Positions 9,424-18,978 of a DNA stretch of 64,000 nt are shown one piece after another. Under the pieces are notes generated by a model. It did not search any database and was not told the DNA's origin. It saw nothing but the letters and a program-made list of their open reading frames with translations. The DNA is from a virus: IMG/VR virus record IMGVR_UViG_3300050016_000168, positions 2,432-66,431 of that record; one strand, given 5' to 3'. Position 1 is the stretch's first letter, and every line of letters begins with the position of its first letter. The translations under genes were made by a program, and so were the position numbers.

Positions 9424-11909
9424 TTTTCAGCTTGCCCCCACTTCTTGCCGATCTCGATCTCAACGTCGAAGGGGACGTCCGTCTTGAGTAGAGTGGAGCT
9501 GGTCATGACCTGGTAGATCTGATGCAGCACCGGCTCGAGGATATCCTCACGGACCTCAAAGTTGATCGAGTCGTGGATTGGAAAGAGAACGTATGCCCCC
9601 TTCGGTAGCTGGTCGTGAAGCTTGACCATAGCGTCTAGGCAGATGTCCGACGCGGTGCCCTGAATAGGAAAGTTCACAGCCTCTCTGCCGACACCGTTGG
9701 CGGTACCAGGTGGGATGAACGGCCAGCGCCGGCGACGTCCGAGCGGGGACTCGATGTACTGCTGCTTGAGAGCCAGTACCTTGGTCGCATCGATCCAGGC
9801 CTTGAGCTTGGGGAACCCGTTGAGGAAGCGGTAGAGAAACAACTCGGCGTCGTCGACCGACCACCACTCGGCGTCTGGATCCTTGTATTCCAGCTCGGCA
9901 CCGGAGACCAGCGACTGTGCGCTGCGGCCATAGATGATGCCGAAGTCGACATGCTTGGCCATCACGCGTTCTGACTTGGTGACCTTGTCAGCTGCTTTCT
10001 TGAAGATCATCGAAGCGACTTCGGTGTGAATGTCGCGGCCGTTGCGGAAAACATCTTTCATGTCTTCGTCGTCGGTGATCACCGCAGCTACACGCAGCTC
10101 CAGCTGGGAGTAGTCAGCGGCCACCCACACGTACCCAGGCGGAACGGTGAAAGCGTTGCGAATCTGAGGTCCCATGAGGAGAGGAATGTTCTGCAGGTTC
10201 GGCGAAGCCGATGAGAGCCTTCCAGTCGACGTACCGAGCAGTCGGAAGTCGGAGCGGATACGCCCGTCCGGCCCGAGCTTCTCGAGGATCCCGTCGATGT
10301 AAGTGGCCAGCACCTTCTTGAGCAGGCGCAGCTCGACGATGTCGGTCAGACCCTGCTTAATTTTCGGGTCAGTGGCTCTCTGCGCCATCCCGAAGAGGAT
10401 GTCCTTGGCGGTGGTGTCGGCCGGCATCTCCATAGCTCGCTTGCCAGAGAGGATGGGTTTGGGCTGCCGCCAGTGCGTATAGATGAGCTTGCTGAGCTGC
10501 GGCTGCGAGTTGGGGTTGAAGTCTTTCATCCCGTGCTCAAGCGCCATCGCTTGCAGCGAGGCATGCTTGGACTCGATGGAGGCCCGCGTGGTGCCGCCCA
10601 GCTCCTCGAGGTATGGTCGATCGATCTTCACCCCGTGCAGCTCAATCTCAGCCAGCGCATAGGTCGCCGGCATGAGCAGGCTGCGAAGCAGTGACTCGAG
10701 CTTGGGTGACTCCTCGGTCATGTCGCAGGCCTGGTCACGTTTCAGCCGTGAGGTGTAGCCGAGGTCTTTGGCCTGATAGGCGTAGAGCGACTGCAGTCGG
10801 ACAGCGCCCCACGATCCAGGGGTGAAGTCGAAGTCGTAGTCCTCAGCGTCGTAGCGGATCCGCGCCTGGGCCTTCAAGCCGTGAGCCTTGTACTTGCCGC
10901 TGATCGGACGCTCGTCAAGCAGGTAGTGCTGGAGCATGCCGTCGATCGCGCGCGGTCGGATGCGCTCGTTGAAGTAGACGTCAAGGAACTGGATGTCGAA
11001 CTTGGCATTCCAGAGCGCGAACTCACCAGCGTAGGTCGTAAGAAATTTCCTCAAGGCAACCTTCATGAGCGGGACTCGGAGCAGGAACGGGTTGATGATC
11101 ACGCCAGCGTCGTCGTTGCCGATGCCGACCGAGATGATGCGGTCGACGATCGGGTCCGGACCAGAGGTCTCGAGGTCGATAGTGAGGTCGGGGAGCTTCT
11201 CGATCGCATTCAGACTGCGGACGGCGATGCCCAACGTGGCCGGAACCACGACGCTCACTGCCATGTCAGGCATCGGCGCTGAGTACTTGAACCACTTCTC
11301 AATGTCGTCGCCGAAGTCGCGGAAGTAATCGCCATCGCGGAGCACGGCGGCCGGGTGGTAGGTGGCGACCGTGTAGACCATGCGGCCACCCCATTCGGTC
11401 CAGACCCCGCGGCCGTGCCAGCGTGTGATCGGCGCTGCTTTGTCGACTCTCAGGACGGCAGTTAAAGCAACGCCGCCGACGGCGAGGATCTTGGTCGGCG
11501 CGACCAGCGCCAACTCCTCTTCCAGCCGTTGGCGGCAGCACTTGATCTGCGCGATCCCCGGCGTCTTGTTGCCTGGCGGATGGCAGAGCACCGCGTTGGT
11601 GTAGTAGACGTCGTCAGGTTCGATGCCTGCGCTGCGGAGGGCTACTCTCAGGAGGCGACCAGCCTGGCCGACGAAGGGCTGCTTGTGTGAGACTTCGGTG
11701 TTGCCTGGCGCCTCACCGACCACGACGTAGCCGTCGCCCGGACCGAAGCCTTGAACGGTCGGGCTCGACTGCAGCGGACACTTCTCACACCTGGTTGGTA
11801 GGAGTGATCTGCTCAGCTTCCAGTGCCTCCATGATGGCCACGGATACGGCAGCGCAGTGAAGCGCCTCCTTAGCTCGAGCCTCCGGTGTGTGACGTTCCG
11901 GGATGTCAT
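9411..11909 (-). CDS. Family A DNA polymerase with N-terminal family-4 uracil-DNA glycosylase domain and 3'-5' exonuclease (start uncertain)
   Basis: UDG GEAPG/YHPAA with Cys ligands; exonuclease DLETSG, NAKFD, YQAKD; TGRLSS, ADYSQLELR, AKHVDFGIIYG, IHDS. Confidence 0.95.
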   Translation of the reverse strand: MTSRNVTHRRLELRRRFTALPYPWPSWRHWKLSRSLLPTRCEKCPLQSSPTVQGFGPGDGYVVVGEAPGNTEVSHKQPFVGQAGRLLRVALRSAGIEPDDVYYTNAVLCHPPGNKTPGIAQIKCCRQRLEEELALVAPTKILAVGGVALTAVLRVDKAAPITRWHGRGVWTEWGGRMVYTVATYHPAAVLRDGDYFRDFGDDIEKWFKYSAPMPDMAVSVVVPATLGIAVRSLNAIEKLPDLTIDLETSGPDPIVDRIISVGIGNDDAGVIINPFLLRVPLMKVALRKFLTTYAGEFALWNAKFDIQFLDVYFNERIRPRAIDGMLQHYLLDERPISGKYKAHGLKAQARIRYDAEDYDFDFTPGSWGAVRLQSLYAYQAKDLGYTSRLKRDQACDMTEESPKLESLLRSLLMPATYALAEIELHGVKIDRPYLEELGGTTRASIESKHASLQAMALEHGMKDFNPNSQPQLSKLIYTHWRQPKPILSGKRAMEMPADTTAKDILFGMAQRATDPKIKQGLTDIVELRLLKKVLATYIDGILEKLGPDGRIRSDFRLLGTSTGRLSSASPNLQNIPLLMGPQIRNAFTVPPGYVWVAADYSQLELRVAAVITDDEDMKDVFRNGRDIHTEVASMIFKKAADKVTKSERVMAKHVDFGIIYGRSAQSLVSGAELEYKDPDAEWWSVDDAELFLYRFLNGFPKLKAWIDATKVLALKQQYIESPLGRRRRWPFIPPGTANGVGREAVNFPIQGTASDICLDAMVKLHDQLPKGAYVLFPIHDSINFEVREDILEPVLHQIYQVMTSSTLLKTDVPFDVEIEIGKKWGQAEKWHP

Positions 11910-12129
11910 CTCTAAGAATGGTCCTGGCCAGCTCGCCGACCTCCTCGACGAGGACGGCGTGATAGACCAGCAGGCGGTACTCGAGCGGCAAGGTCATGTC
12001 CCGCTCCGGAGAGTCGGGATGGATGACCTCTTGCCGCTCACGCTCAGCTGCAATCCTGCCGAACGCTCTATACAACGTCGGTGGAAGGAATCTCTTGCGG
12101 TTTTTCCAGTGGAATGAAGGGAAGTCCAC
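11785..12129 (-). CDS. MazG-like nucleotide pyrophosphohydrolase
   Basis: LVEEVGELA...EALHCAAVSVA. Confidence 0.75.
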   Translation of the reverse strand: MDFPSFHWKNRKRFLPPTLYRAFGRIAAERERQEVIHPDSPERDMTLPLEYRLLVYHAVLVEEVGELARTILRDDIPERHTPEARAKEALHCAAVSVAIMEALEAEQITPTNQV

Positions 12130-12131
12130 GG

Positions 12132-12368
12132 CTAGAGGTCGGGTTCCTTCTTGACTGGCCAGAGGTCCATCGCCTCGGCGATGTTCAGAGCGTTCTCCGC
12201 CATCGCTTCAGGGATGTTCTTCTGAACCGCCCAGAAGCGGACGGTCAATGCGGCGTGGACATCCTGTGCGCGGAGCGTGAAGCAAGGCTCACCGGCGTCT
12301 TCACAGCCCTTGGCGGTCTTCGAGTTGTAGTTCGGGTCGTCGTGTTTCGCGTAAGAAACTGGATCCAT
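12132..12368 (-). CDS. Hypothetical protein
   Basis: SD GGAGG before ATG 12368; EPCFTLRAQD motif. Confidence 0.65.
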   Translation of the reverse strand: MDPVSYAKHDDPNYNSKTAKGCEDAGEPCFTLRAQDVHAALTVRFWAVQKNIPEAMAENALNIAEAMDLWPVKKEPDL

Positions 12369-12451
12369 GTTGTCCTCCGTGAAATAGGGCGGAGCCGCTC
12401 CCACAGGGATACGACCTGCGAGTACGGAGCGGCTCCTATCCCGATCGGGGT

Positions 12452-13015
12452 CTAACGCTTGAACTGACGAGCGGCGGCGGTGGCGGGGAACGGCGAGCGC
12501 TTGACTCCACCGTTCGGAGCTGCCTTTGCAGCAGTTGCTGGCGCGGCCTTGGGCGCTGTTCGGGTCGCCGGTCGGGTCGCAGGTGCGGTGGCTGCTGGCT
12601 GCTCAGCCGGAGCGGCGCCCTCACCGTTGGGCCCCAGGATGGTCGAGATCTTCGACGTCATCCGGTTGTTGTACGGCTCCTGGAAGACCTGAATCACGCA
12701 GGGCAGGCCGATCACCTCCGGGTTGATCAGCTGGCCGGTTGCGTCGTCGATCTCCAGCTCGAACTCCAGCTCGGCGTAGCCGAGGTTGATGAAGGCCTCC
12801 TGCATCTTCCACTTCGCACCCGGCGCGAAGCTGGAGACCATGAACTGATGACGCCCCTCAAGCTCACCCTCAGCGATCACGCAGTCCCAGTTGAGGAACG
12901 CGTGGTCCGCTCCAGGCTTCTGCTTGAGGAGACAGTCGGCGATGACGGCAGGGTAGTCGCCTGCCGGGACGGCACCGCCTTGCTGCACATCGGAAAAGTC
13001 AACTGGTATCTTCAA
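12452..13015 (-). CDS. ssDNA-binding protein (DUF669-like)
   Basis: VDFSDV...VPAGDY OB-fold, Ala/Pro-rich tail, next to Sak4-like ATPase. Confidence 0.75.
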   Translation of the reverse strand: MKIPVDFSDVQQGGAVPAGDYPAVIADCLLKQKPGADHAFLNWDCVIAEGELEGRHQFMVSSFAPGAKWKMQEAFINLGYAELEFELEIDDATGQLINPEVIGLPCVIQVFQEPYNNRMTSKISTILGPNGEGAAPAEQPAATAPATRPATRTAPKAAPATAAKAAPNGGVKRSPFPATAAARQFKR

Positions 13016-13812
13016 CTCGTTTTCCTCCTAGATTTCTTGGTGGATGTAGTTTCGGCTCCAACGGCAACTGGTTCCTTCTCCTGCTCTACCTCCTGTGGCA
13101 TGGCGTACCCGAGAACATCGAGTAACGAGCTGATGCTGGGGTCGTCGATGAGGTCGGGCACCGTGTCCTCGCGGCCCCAACCGGTCCTGATTTTGACACG
13201 AAACTGGCTGAAGTTCTTGAGCAGAAGCGAGCGCACCTCGGTGACCTCTTTTGTCTTCGGGTCGGTGAACTGGGAGGTCGTCAGGTAGCCGCAGAGATCG
13301 AACAGCCCAGGCGCCTCGTCAGCCATCTGTCCGGCCAGCGCCGGCTTCTTCACGTTGCCGACGCGCGCCTCCTTGTCGGTCTTGTCCTGCGCTGTCATGA
13401 AGACGTGGTAGGGAAGATCGCGGAAGAGGCGGATCAGGCGCCGCATCTGGATCGAGGCCTTGCCGTAGTCCTGGATCTGGAGCACGTCGTCACGACCCTG
13501 GCTTTCGTTGATGTCCATCAGGGCGAAGATGTGGGTCTCGGAGAGCGAGTCGAGAAGGATGGTGCGGTAGCCCCCCTCGCCCTGAGCGAGCCCGCTGTAG
13601 ACGTCGTTGAAGTCGTCCCACGTCCGCACCTTGATCATGTCGATGTCGAGTCCGGCCAAGGTCGACTCGCCACCCTCGAAGTCGAGGTAGAGCGCCGGGA
13701 ACGTTCGTTCATCGAGCTGTGCGGTGCCCAGGAAATGCGTCTTCCCGGAGCCGTAGGGCCCGAAGATGAGCGCTTTGAGATAGGGAGACGCGTCAGGCTT
13801 CGTGATATTCAA
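13012..13812 (-). CDS. AAA_24 / Sak4-like recombination ATPase
   Basis: GPYGSGKT, LDFEGG, LLDSLSE, QDYG. Confidence 0.85.
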   Translation of the reverse strand: MNITKPDASPYLKALIFGPYGSGKTHFLGTAQLDERTFPALYLDFEGGESTLAGLDIDMIKVRTWDDFNDVYSGLAQGEGGYRTILLDSLSETHIFALMDINESQGRDDVLQIQDYGKASIQMRRLIRLFRDLPYHVFMTAQDKTDKEARVGNVKKPALAGQMADEAPGLFDLCGYLTTSQFTDPKTKEVTEVRSLLLKNFSQFRVKIRTGWGREDTVPDLIDDPSISSLLDVLGYAMPQEVEQEKEPVAVGAETTSTKKSRRKTS

Positions 13813-13837
13813 TGTGTCCTCCTTGAATGTGGAATAA

Positions 13838-14170
13838 TTATGGCAGATTGGGTGGGGTTTGTGCGGCTTCTTTTACCGCCGCGACAAACTCCGGCCAGCG
13901 GCTGTTGGAGAAGCCGGGGAACGAGGCTCGTTGGTTGACCGCAATCTCGTACGCAGCCTCGATTGGATCCATCTTCGGGTGCTTCTTCCGCCACGCCATT
14001 GCTGCCTCCACTCCGCGTTGGATGTCGGTCATCTGTAGTACCCCGTGCCCCATGAGGGCTGCGCTGGTGCAGGCGACCGGGATGGACGCTCGTTCATCGG
14101 CTTGCGCAAGACGGCGATCACGCACTCGCCTCTCGGCCCTGTGCGATGTGACGCCGGCGACGGGTGCCAC
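13838..14170 (-). CDS. Hypothetical protein (start uncertain)
   Basis: ORF in operon orientation. Confidence 0.5.
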   Translation of the reverse strand: MAPVAGVTSHRAERRVRDRRLAQADERASIPVACTSAALMGHGVLQMTDIQRGVEAAMAWRKKHPKMDPIEAAYEIAVNQRASFPGFSNSRWPEFVAAVKEAAQTPPNLP

Positions 14171-14198
14171 TGCTGGCAGCAGGGATAGAAGACTCCGT

Positions 14199-14402
14199 TC
14201 ATGTTTTATGTTCCTCCTCGAGCTTCTTCAGCGCGTCGAGCCAGATGGAGACAACCGAGACTATGGTCGGTCGCAGCCACTCGATGGTCTGCTCGACGAG
14301 GTCTGAGAACTTCATCAGCAGCTCAACCACGTACTCCATCTCATCCTCGGTCAACTCATCGCCAGCGCGCGCCTTGGCTGCGATCTTCTCGAGCTTGGTC
14401 AT
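14199..14402 (-). CDS. Hypothetical protein
   Basis: ATGA coupling at 14402. Confidence 0.6.
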   Translation of the reverse strand: MTKLEKIAAKARAGDELTEDEMEYVVELLMKFSDLVEQTIEWLRPTIVSVVSIWLDALKKLEEEHKT

Positions 14403-14566
14403 GGCCTGCAGACCTCTCGTTCGATCCTGAGGTAGGGAACGTCGGCCGTCCATCTGCGTCCGCACCCAGTGCATTCCCATAGGTGCAGTCCATTGGCAAC
14501 GATGACTCGTACCCGATGGGTTACAGGATTCTGAGGAACACCATTGAGCCACCAAGAGTACGTCAC
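14399..14566 (-). CDS. 55-aa Zn-ribbon-like protein (not in ORF track)
   Basis: GTGA and ATGA coupling; WECTGCGRRW. Confidence 0.55.
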   Translation of the reverse strand: MTYSWWLNGVPQNPVTHRVRVIVANGLHLWECTGCGRRWTADVPYLRIEREVCRP

Positions 14567-15615
14567 AGCCGCTTCTCCTCAGAGACGGTGAACTGCGCCT
14601 TGATCAGATCTTCATAATCTGAGCCGTCGTTCATGGCTAAACACACCGTTCTGAAGGGGCAGCGGGGACAGCGCATCGGCGACGGATTAGGGTACGCCTT
14701 GCGGGGGTTCTGGGCCACCGCCCGCATGTCCTGGAATGTGTCGTAGAGGTTGGTTTCGTAGGCGCGCATCTGGGCCAGGTTTCGGTGGGTGACTTCGCGC
14801 TTGAAGAACTTCGACCAGCCCTGCTCCCTGAGCATGGAGAGGATCTCGGCGTACTCGGTCTGGTCAGCACCCTTGGCCTTGACCGCTTCCAGCATCAGCT
14901 CGTAGGTGGTGCCCTGGTCCTTGTCCTTGGAGATCGTGCCGTTCTTCAGGATCTTCGGCTCGATGGGGATCCGCTTGATCAAGGTGTCGTAGATCATGCC
15001 CTCGGGCAGGTAGCCGCGAATACGCCAAAACAGGAAGTGATAGCCAGTGGTCTGCTCGTCTAGCTCGAGGCCGCGGCCCTCAGTCCACTGGTGGGTGCTG
15101 TTCTTGTAGTCCTGGATGAACTCGCCGTTCTTTCCCTGTACGACCACCAGCCGGTCCATACGTCCACTCAGTTGGGGCCTCCCCTTGAGCGCTGAGCGTC
15201 CGCTGGCGGTACGGATGGGTACGAAGAGTCGCTCCTCGAGTGAGGTCGTGGTTAGGTTCATGCCCGTTTGGCGGTCGAAGAGCGCGTAGTTGTGGAGCAT
15301 CGCCTTGCCCGTGGTCACCAGCTCCTGGAACTCGGGCTCCATCACCTCCCACATGCCACCGTAGCCTTTCCTAAGGTCGGGGATGGAGGCGTCGGCGGCC
15401 TCGAAGAAGGCGGTGACCGCCTGCTCGACGTCGCCAGTGGCGGCCAGGGTCTGCAGGCCGATGTGCATCTTATCTCCAAACCAGAGGTAGTCCTGCGGAG
15501 CCTTGGGTACCAACCCACGGATCTCAGACAGATACCACGCCCGCCGGCACTCCTTGAACTTCGAGACCTCAGTCACACGTACGACCTCAAGCCTCTTTGG
15601 AATTGTCACGCTCAT
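14563..15615 (-). CDS. PD-(D/E)XK (RecB/Cas4-like) exonuclease
   Basis: FKECRR, SGRMD, QDYKN, Q..GY, C-terminal CPRCPFRTVC. Confidence 0.85.
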   Translation of the reverse strand: MSVTIPKRLEVVRVTEVSKFKECRRAWYLSEIRGLVPKAPQDYLWFGDKMHIGLQTLAATGDVEQAVTAFFEAADASIPDLRKGYGGMWEVMEPEFQELVTTGKAMLHNYALFDRQTGMNLTTTSLEERLFVPIRTASGRSALKGRPQLSGRMDRLVVVQGKNGEFIQDYKNSTHQWTEGRGLELDEQTTGYHFLFWRIRGYLPEGMIYDTLIKRIPIEPKILKNGTISKDKDQGTTYELMLEAVKAKGADQTEYAEILSMLREQGWSKFFKREVTHRNLAQMRAYETNLYDTFQDMRAVAQNPRKAYPNPSPMRCPRCPFRTVCLAMNDGSDYEDLIKAQFTVSEEKRL

Positions 15616-16016
15616 ACGAATGTCCTCCTATTTGGTCGATCAAATTTGTCGATTGCCCAGAGAGCAATACGCCATGCATCTCGCTCGTGCTGAGTCTTCA
15701 AGACGCCGCGCCCGGGCAGCGGGTGCTTCTTGAATCGCTGCTTCCAGTCGGTCGGCCGGATGATCTTGACGCGCTCGGCGTACCAGTTTTGCAGCTGCGA
15801 GACAGCGGCCGAGTACATCTCCTGCTGGAAGGGGTTGTTGGCAATGGCCGGCCGCTCGATGATCACGAGGTCTGGGCTGTAGAGGTCGACCCCCTTGAGC
15901 CCGTCCTCGAGTACGAACGAGCCGTGTGCCCTCAGACCGGGCTCGCCAGTGTCGTTGGACGCGTTGACGTAGACATATCCAGTGGTGTCGCCGAGATCGA
16001 TGGCAAGAATGTTCAT
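15612..16016 (-). CDS. RuvC-like Holliday junction resolvase
   Basis: ILAIDLGDTTG, IIE, HERDAWRIA. Confidence 0.75.
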   Translation of the reverse strand: MNILAIDLGDTTGYVYVNASNDTGEPGLRAHGSFVLEDGLKGVDLYSPDLVIIERPAIANNPFQQEMYSAAVSQLQNWYAERVKIIRPTDWKQRFKKHPLPGRGVLKTQHERDAWRIALWAIDKFDRPNRRTFV

Positions 16017-16564
16017 CCGATACACCCCAGCAGCTTGAAGGGCAGGCCATCCTTGTCCAGATCGAAGGTCTCGGCCGCTGCTTTCTGGACGTCCTCGAGC
16101 ATCTCAATCACCTGCACGATGGGCCCTCGAATCTCCTCAAGGATGGGTGGGATCCGGAAGCCGATGTCGGTCAGTCGAACGTAGCGCAGCGACTCCTGAG
16201 AGATGGCCACGCCAGCGCGGTGACGCACCAACTCATGGGTGAAAACGCGGGAGACGTCCTCGAAGATGAAGGTGTAGTTGGCATGCTCGAGCACCGAACC
16301 GTGCTTGGTCTTGAGGATGTTGAGGAGGTACTCCCCTGAGTCCTCTCGCACCTTGGTGACGTTGGGGTTCAGGCCCACGTCCCAGCTGCGATAGCAGAGG
16401 CGTCCAGCCGCTTCGGACAGAACCTCCCCGTCCCGCAGTGAGGAGGTCTGGTTGATCCTGGACACCCAGGCCTCGCCGCCCACAGAGCGGACGTAGTTCA
16501 TCAGCGCATCGATGTGGATCGCCGGCGAAGCGATCAGATGCACCTTCGGGGTTGTCTCTCGCAT
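16013..16564 (-). pseudogene. thyX: Flavin-dependent thymidylate synthase, C-terminally truncated
   Basis: AGRLCY, HGSVLEH, SRVFTHELVRHR...SQESLRY present; C-terminal ThyX motifs absent. Confidence 0.8.
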
Positions 16565-18267
16565 TACTGTCCTCCTCTAAGATGCCGAAGCATCGCTGCC
16601 AGATCGTCGTTAGAAACCTTGCTTATGCCGACGAACTTTCCGCCCAGGTTGTCCTCGACCAACTGGTCGACGGTGCCAACCGCCTTGATGGTGATCACCA
16701 CCGGACGGTGGTCGAGGCCCATCCGCTTGACCCGTTTCATCGACTGCACGTAGTCGTCAGCGAACCAGGTCTTGTCGTGATAGATGACGGTGCGCGTCAC
16801 CTGTAGGTTGTGGCCCATCTTGCCGACGGGCATGGCCAGGATGAGGATATCGAGCAGGCCAGCCTTGTAGTTCTCGAAGGTCAGTTCGTTGTAGCGATCC
16901 TCCATCTTGCTGGTCGCGCCGTGGATCCACGCGATCTTCAGGCCCGACTTCCACAGCCGGCCGAAGAGCGCCTCGGCACCCGGCAGCCACTGCGTCCAGA
17001 TCAGCGCCGGGAATTCGATGCTGCGGGTCTCAACCATCTCTTCGATGACGTCGGCCTTGATCGACTCGTCAGGGCCCGCGATGTTGATCATGTTGGACGT
17101 GATCTGTTGCAACCGGATCAGCTGCGAGAGCACGATCGGAGCCTTGATCTCCTTGCCTGACTCGAGCGTGGTGATGAAGTCCGCCTCCATCTCGTTGTAG
17201 GCCTTGGCCTGCTTCGGCCGAAGCTCCACCTCGACCAGCTGCGGGATCTCCTCGGGAAGCTGATCGAGCACATCCTTCTGGTTGCGGACGAACATGACGT
17301 CCCGCAGGTCACCAACGATGTCGATGTTCTGACGGGTGCCGGTGACCTTGGTTCCCCAGACGTCCTGCTCCACGTAACAGACTCGGTTGGTGAGCCTCCA
17401 GTAGGAGCTGAAGCCTTTGGGGTCCTGAAGGTGGAGCTGGGCCCAGAGGTCGTCGGCGTACTTGGTGACCGGGTAGCCGGACAGCTCCCACCAGCGCTTC
17501 GCTTTCTTCGGGAAGGACTTGCGCAGCGCGAGCATGCCCTTGAAGCGATGGCTGTCGCGGTTCTTTACCAGCACCGACTCGTCGAGAATGACGAGGTCCC
17601 AGTCGACAGCCAGATAGGCTTCGAGACGAGAACCGTAGCTGATCACCTTCCCCTTCTTGTCGACCTCGACCTTGTCGACTACCGTGTCGTAGTTGGTGAG
17701 GTTCCAGCCGGCGAATGGCACCTGGCCGTGCCGACGCTCGAACCAGACCTCTCCGAAGAACTTCATCGCCTCGTTCTCCCACGACCGCAGCAGGGATTTG
17801 GGAGCCACGATGAGCACCTTCGCGAGTTGTAAGTCGAAGAGCAGACGAGCTGCGGTGAGAGCAACCACTGTCTTTCCAAGTCCAGGAGAAAGAGCTACCA
17901 GCCCAGTCGCTTTGGGGCCATCGACCAGCCAGCCAACAGCTTCCTTCTGGAAGTCATAGAGGGTGGTCTCGAGTACCTCTTTGATGTACGTGTTCCAAAC
18001 GGAAGGCTCCTTGAAACTGGAGTCAAACGTAATGGCATCGTCAGCCGCTTTCGTAACTTGCAGGTCTGGGAACAGCTCGATCGCAGTTAGGGCATAGATG
18101 ATGTAGCCAGGGAGCACGAAGAGCCCGCGCTTCTCGTTCCACGACCCGGCGGCCAGATCCTGAACCGCCTCCCGGTTGTAGCGCACGTTGGAGAGCAGGA
18201 AGTTTTCGCCGTCGTAGTCGAGTTGCTCTTGCGACAGCCGACTCGCGGTGGTGACAACGTAGCTCAC
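16564..18267 (-). CDS. SNF2-family helicase
   Basis: PGLGKT, VILDES, LSGYP, RLQQI, GHNLQ, QSMKRVKRMG. Confidence 0.9.
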   Translation of the reverse strand: MSYVVTTASRLSQEQLDYDGENFLLSNVRYNREAVQDLAAGSWNEKRGLFVLPGYIIYALTAIELFPDLQVTKAADDAITFDSSFKEPSVWNTYIKEVLETTLYDFQKEAVGWLVDGPKATGLVALSPGLGKTVVALTAARLLFDLQLAKVLIVAPKSLLRSWENEAMKFFGEVWFERRHGQVPFAGWNLTNYDTVVDKVEVDKKGKVISYGSRLEAYLAVDWDLVILDESVLVKNRDSHRFKGMLALRKSFPKKAKRWWELSGYPVTKYADDLWAQLHLQDPKGFSSYWRLTNRVCYVEQDVWGTKVTGTRQNIDIVGDLRDVMFVRNQKDVLDQLPEEIPQLVEVELRPKQAKAYNEMEADFITTLESGKEIKAPIVLSQLIRLQQITSNMINIAGPDESIKADVIEEMVETRSIEFPALIWTQWLPGAEALFGRLWKSGLKIAWIHGATSKMEDRYNELTFENYKAGLLDILILAMPVGKMGHNLQVTRTVIYHDKTWFADDYVQSMKRVKRMGLDHRPVVITIKAVGTVDQLVEDNLGGKFVGISKVSNDDLAAMLRHLRGGQ

Positions 18268-18512
18268 AGCGTCCCCGTCGCCTGCAGGTCAGGGTTCTGT
18301 TTGAAGGACCCCGACCGCCATTGCTTGTAGTAGCAGTGATAGCAAAACCCTCGAGCCCAATGCAGCTTGTCTGGATGACAGGTTGCATATCTCACTACCG
18401 TAGACCCGGGGAGCGGCAGGGATGGTGACGGCTCGAGCATTCGACGGAGCGCCATGTCTTTGCTCCGGAAGGGGCTCGAGTCGTCGTGCCACATCGGTCC
18501 AATCCTGTTCAC
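18264..18512 (-). CDS. Hypothetical Zn-binding protein
   Basis: CHPDKLHWARGFCYHCY; GTGA coupling. Confidence 0.55.
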   Translation of the reverse strand: MNRIGPMWHDDSSPFRSKDMALRRMLEPSPSLPLPGSTVVRYATCHPDKLHWARGFCYHCYYKQWRSGSFKQNPDLQATGTL

Positions 18513-18751
18513 GCGGCGGCCACCTTCTTCAATGCCTGGCGGCTTGCCGCCTTGGCTTTGACGCACTTCCGGCAGCGACAGGCGTAGTTCTCATAGCCGT
18601 TGAGGCCGTGCGGGATCTTGGTGGTGCTGGTCTTGAGCTTGCTGCGCAGCTCCCGCATGTACTCGCGGGCGTACTTGCGGCATCTATCGCAGCGGCACTT
18701 CAGGGTGTAATACCTCGTTGACGTTCCGTGCTTTGCGAGACGGCGCTTCAT
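18509..18751 (-). CDS. Small protein with duplicated HG..Y..CRC..C motif
   Basis: HGTSTRYYTLKCRCDRC and HGLNGYENYACRCRKC. Confidence 0.7.
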   Translation of the reverse strand: MKRRLAKHGTSTRYYTLKCRCDRCRKYAREYMRELRSKLKTSTTKIPHGLNGYENYACRCRKCVKAKAASRQALKKVAAA

Positions 18752-18978
18752 GATGCCTCCTTGGTTTTACCGATGAGCAATCCGATGACGTAAAGAACTG
18801 CGAGTATCCCCATTACGACGTATGCGACGACCGCCCAGAAAGTGGGGAAGTAAGCAGCCGGAGCACCGATGACGAAGAGCAAGGCGATGACGCCCAAGCA
18901 TCCACCACAGCCGCCCCAGTTCTCCGTCTTGATGAAGGTCTTCGAGCCGTCCGGGTTGGTGATGGTTGTCGTTTTCAT
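18748..18978 (-). CDS. Small 2-TM membrane protein
   Basis: GGCGGC then two hydrophobic helices. Confidence 0.65.
   Translation of the reverse strand: MKTTTITNPDGSKTFIKTENWGGCGGCLGVIALLFVIGAPAAYFPTFWAVVAYVVMGILAVLYVIGLLIGKTKEAS

Noticed and set aside
14563-15615. Cas4 as part of a CRISPR system
   Set aside because: Sits with Sak4-like ATPase and SSB in a standard phage recombination module
9411-16564. Modified-base (dZ or deazaguanine) genome pathway
   Set aside because: No purZ, queuosine-pathway or dpdA-like gene recognised in the window
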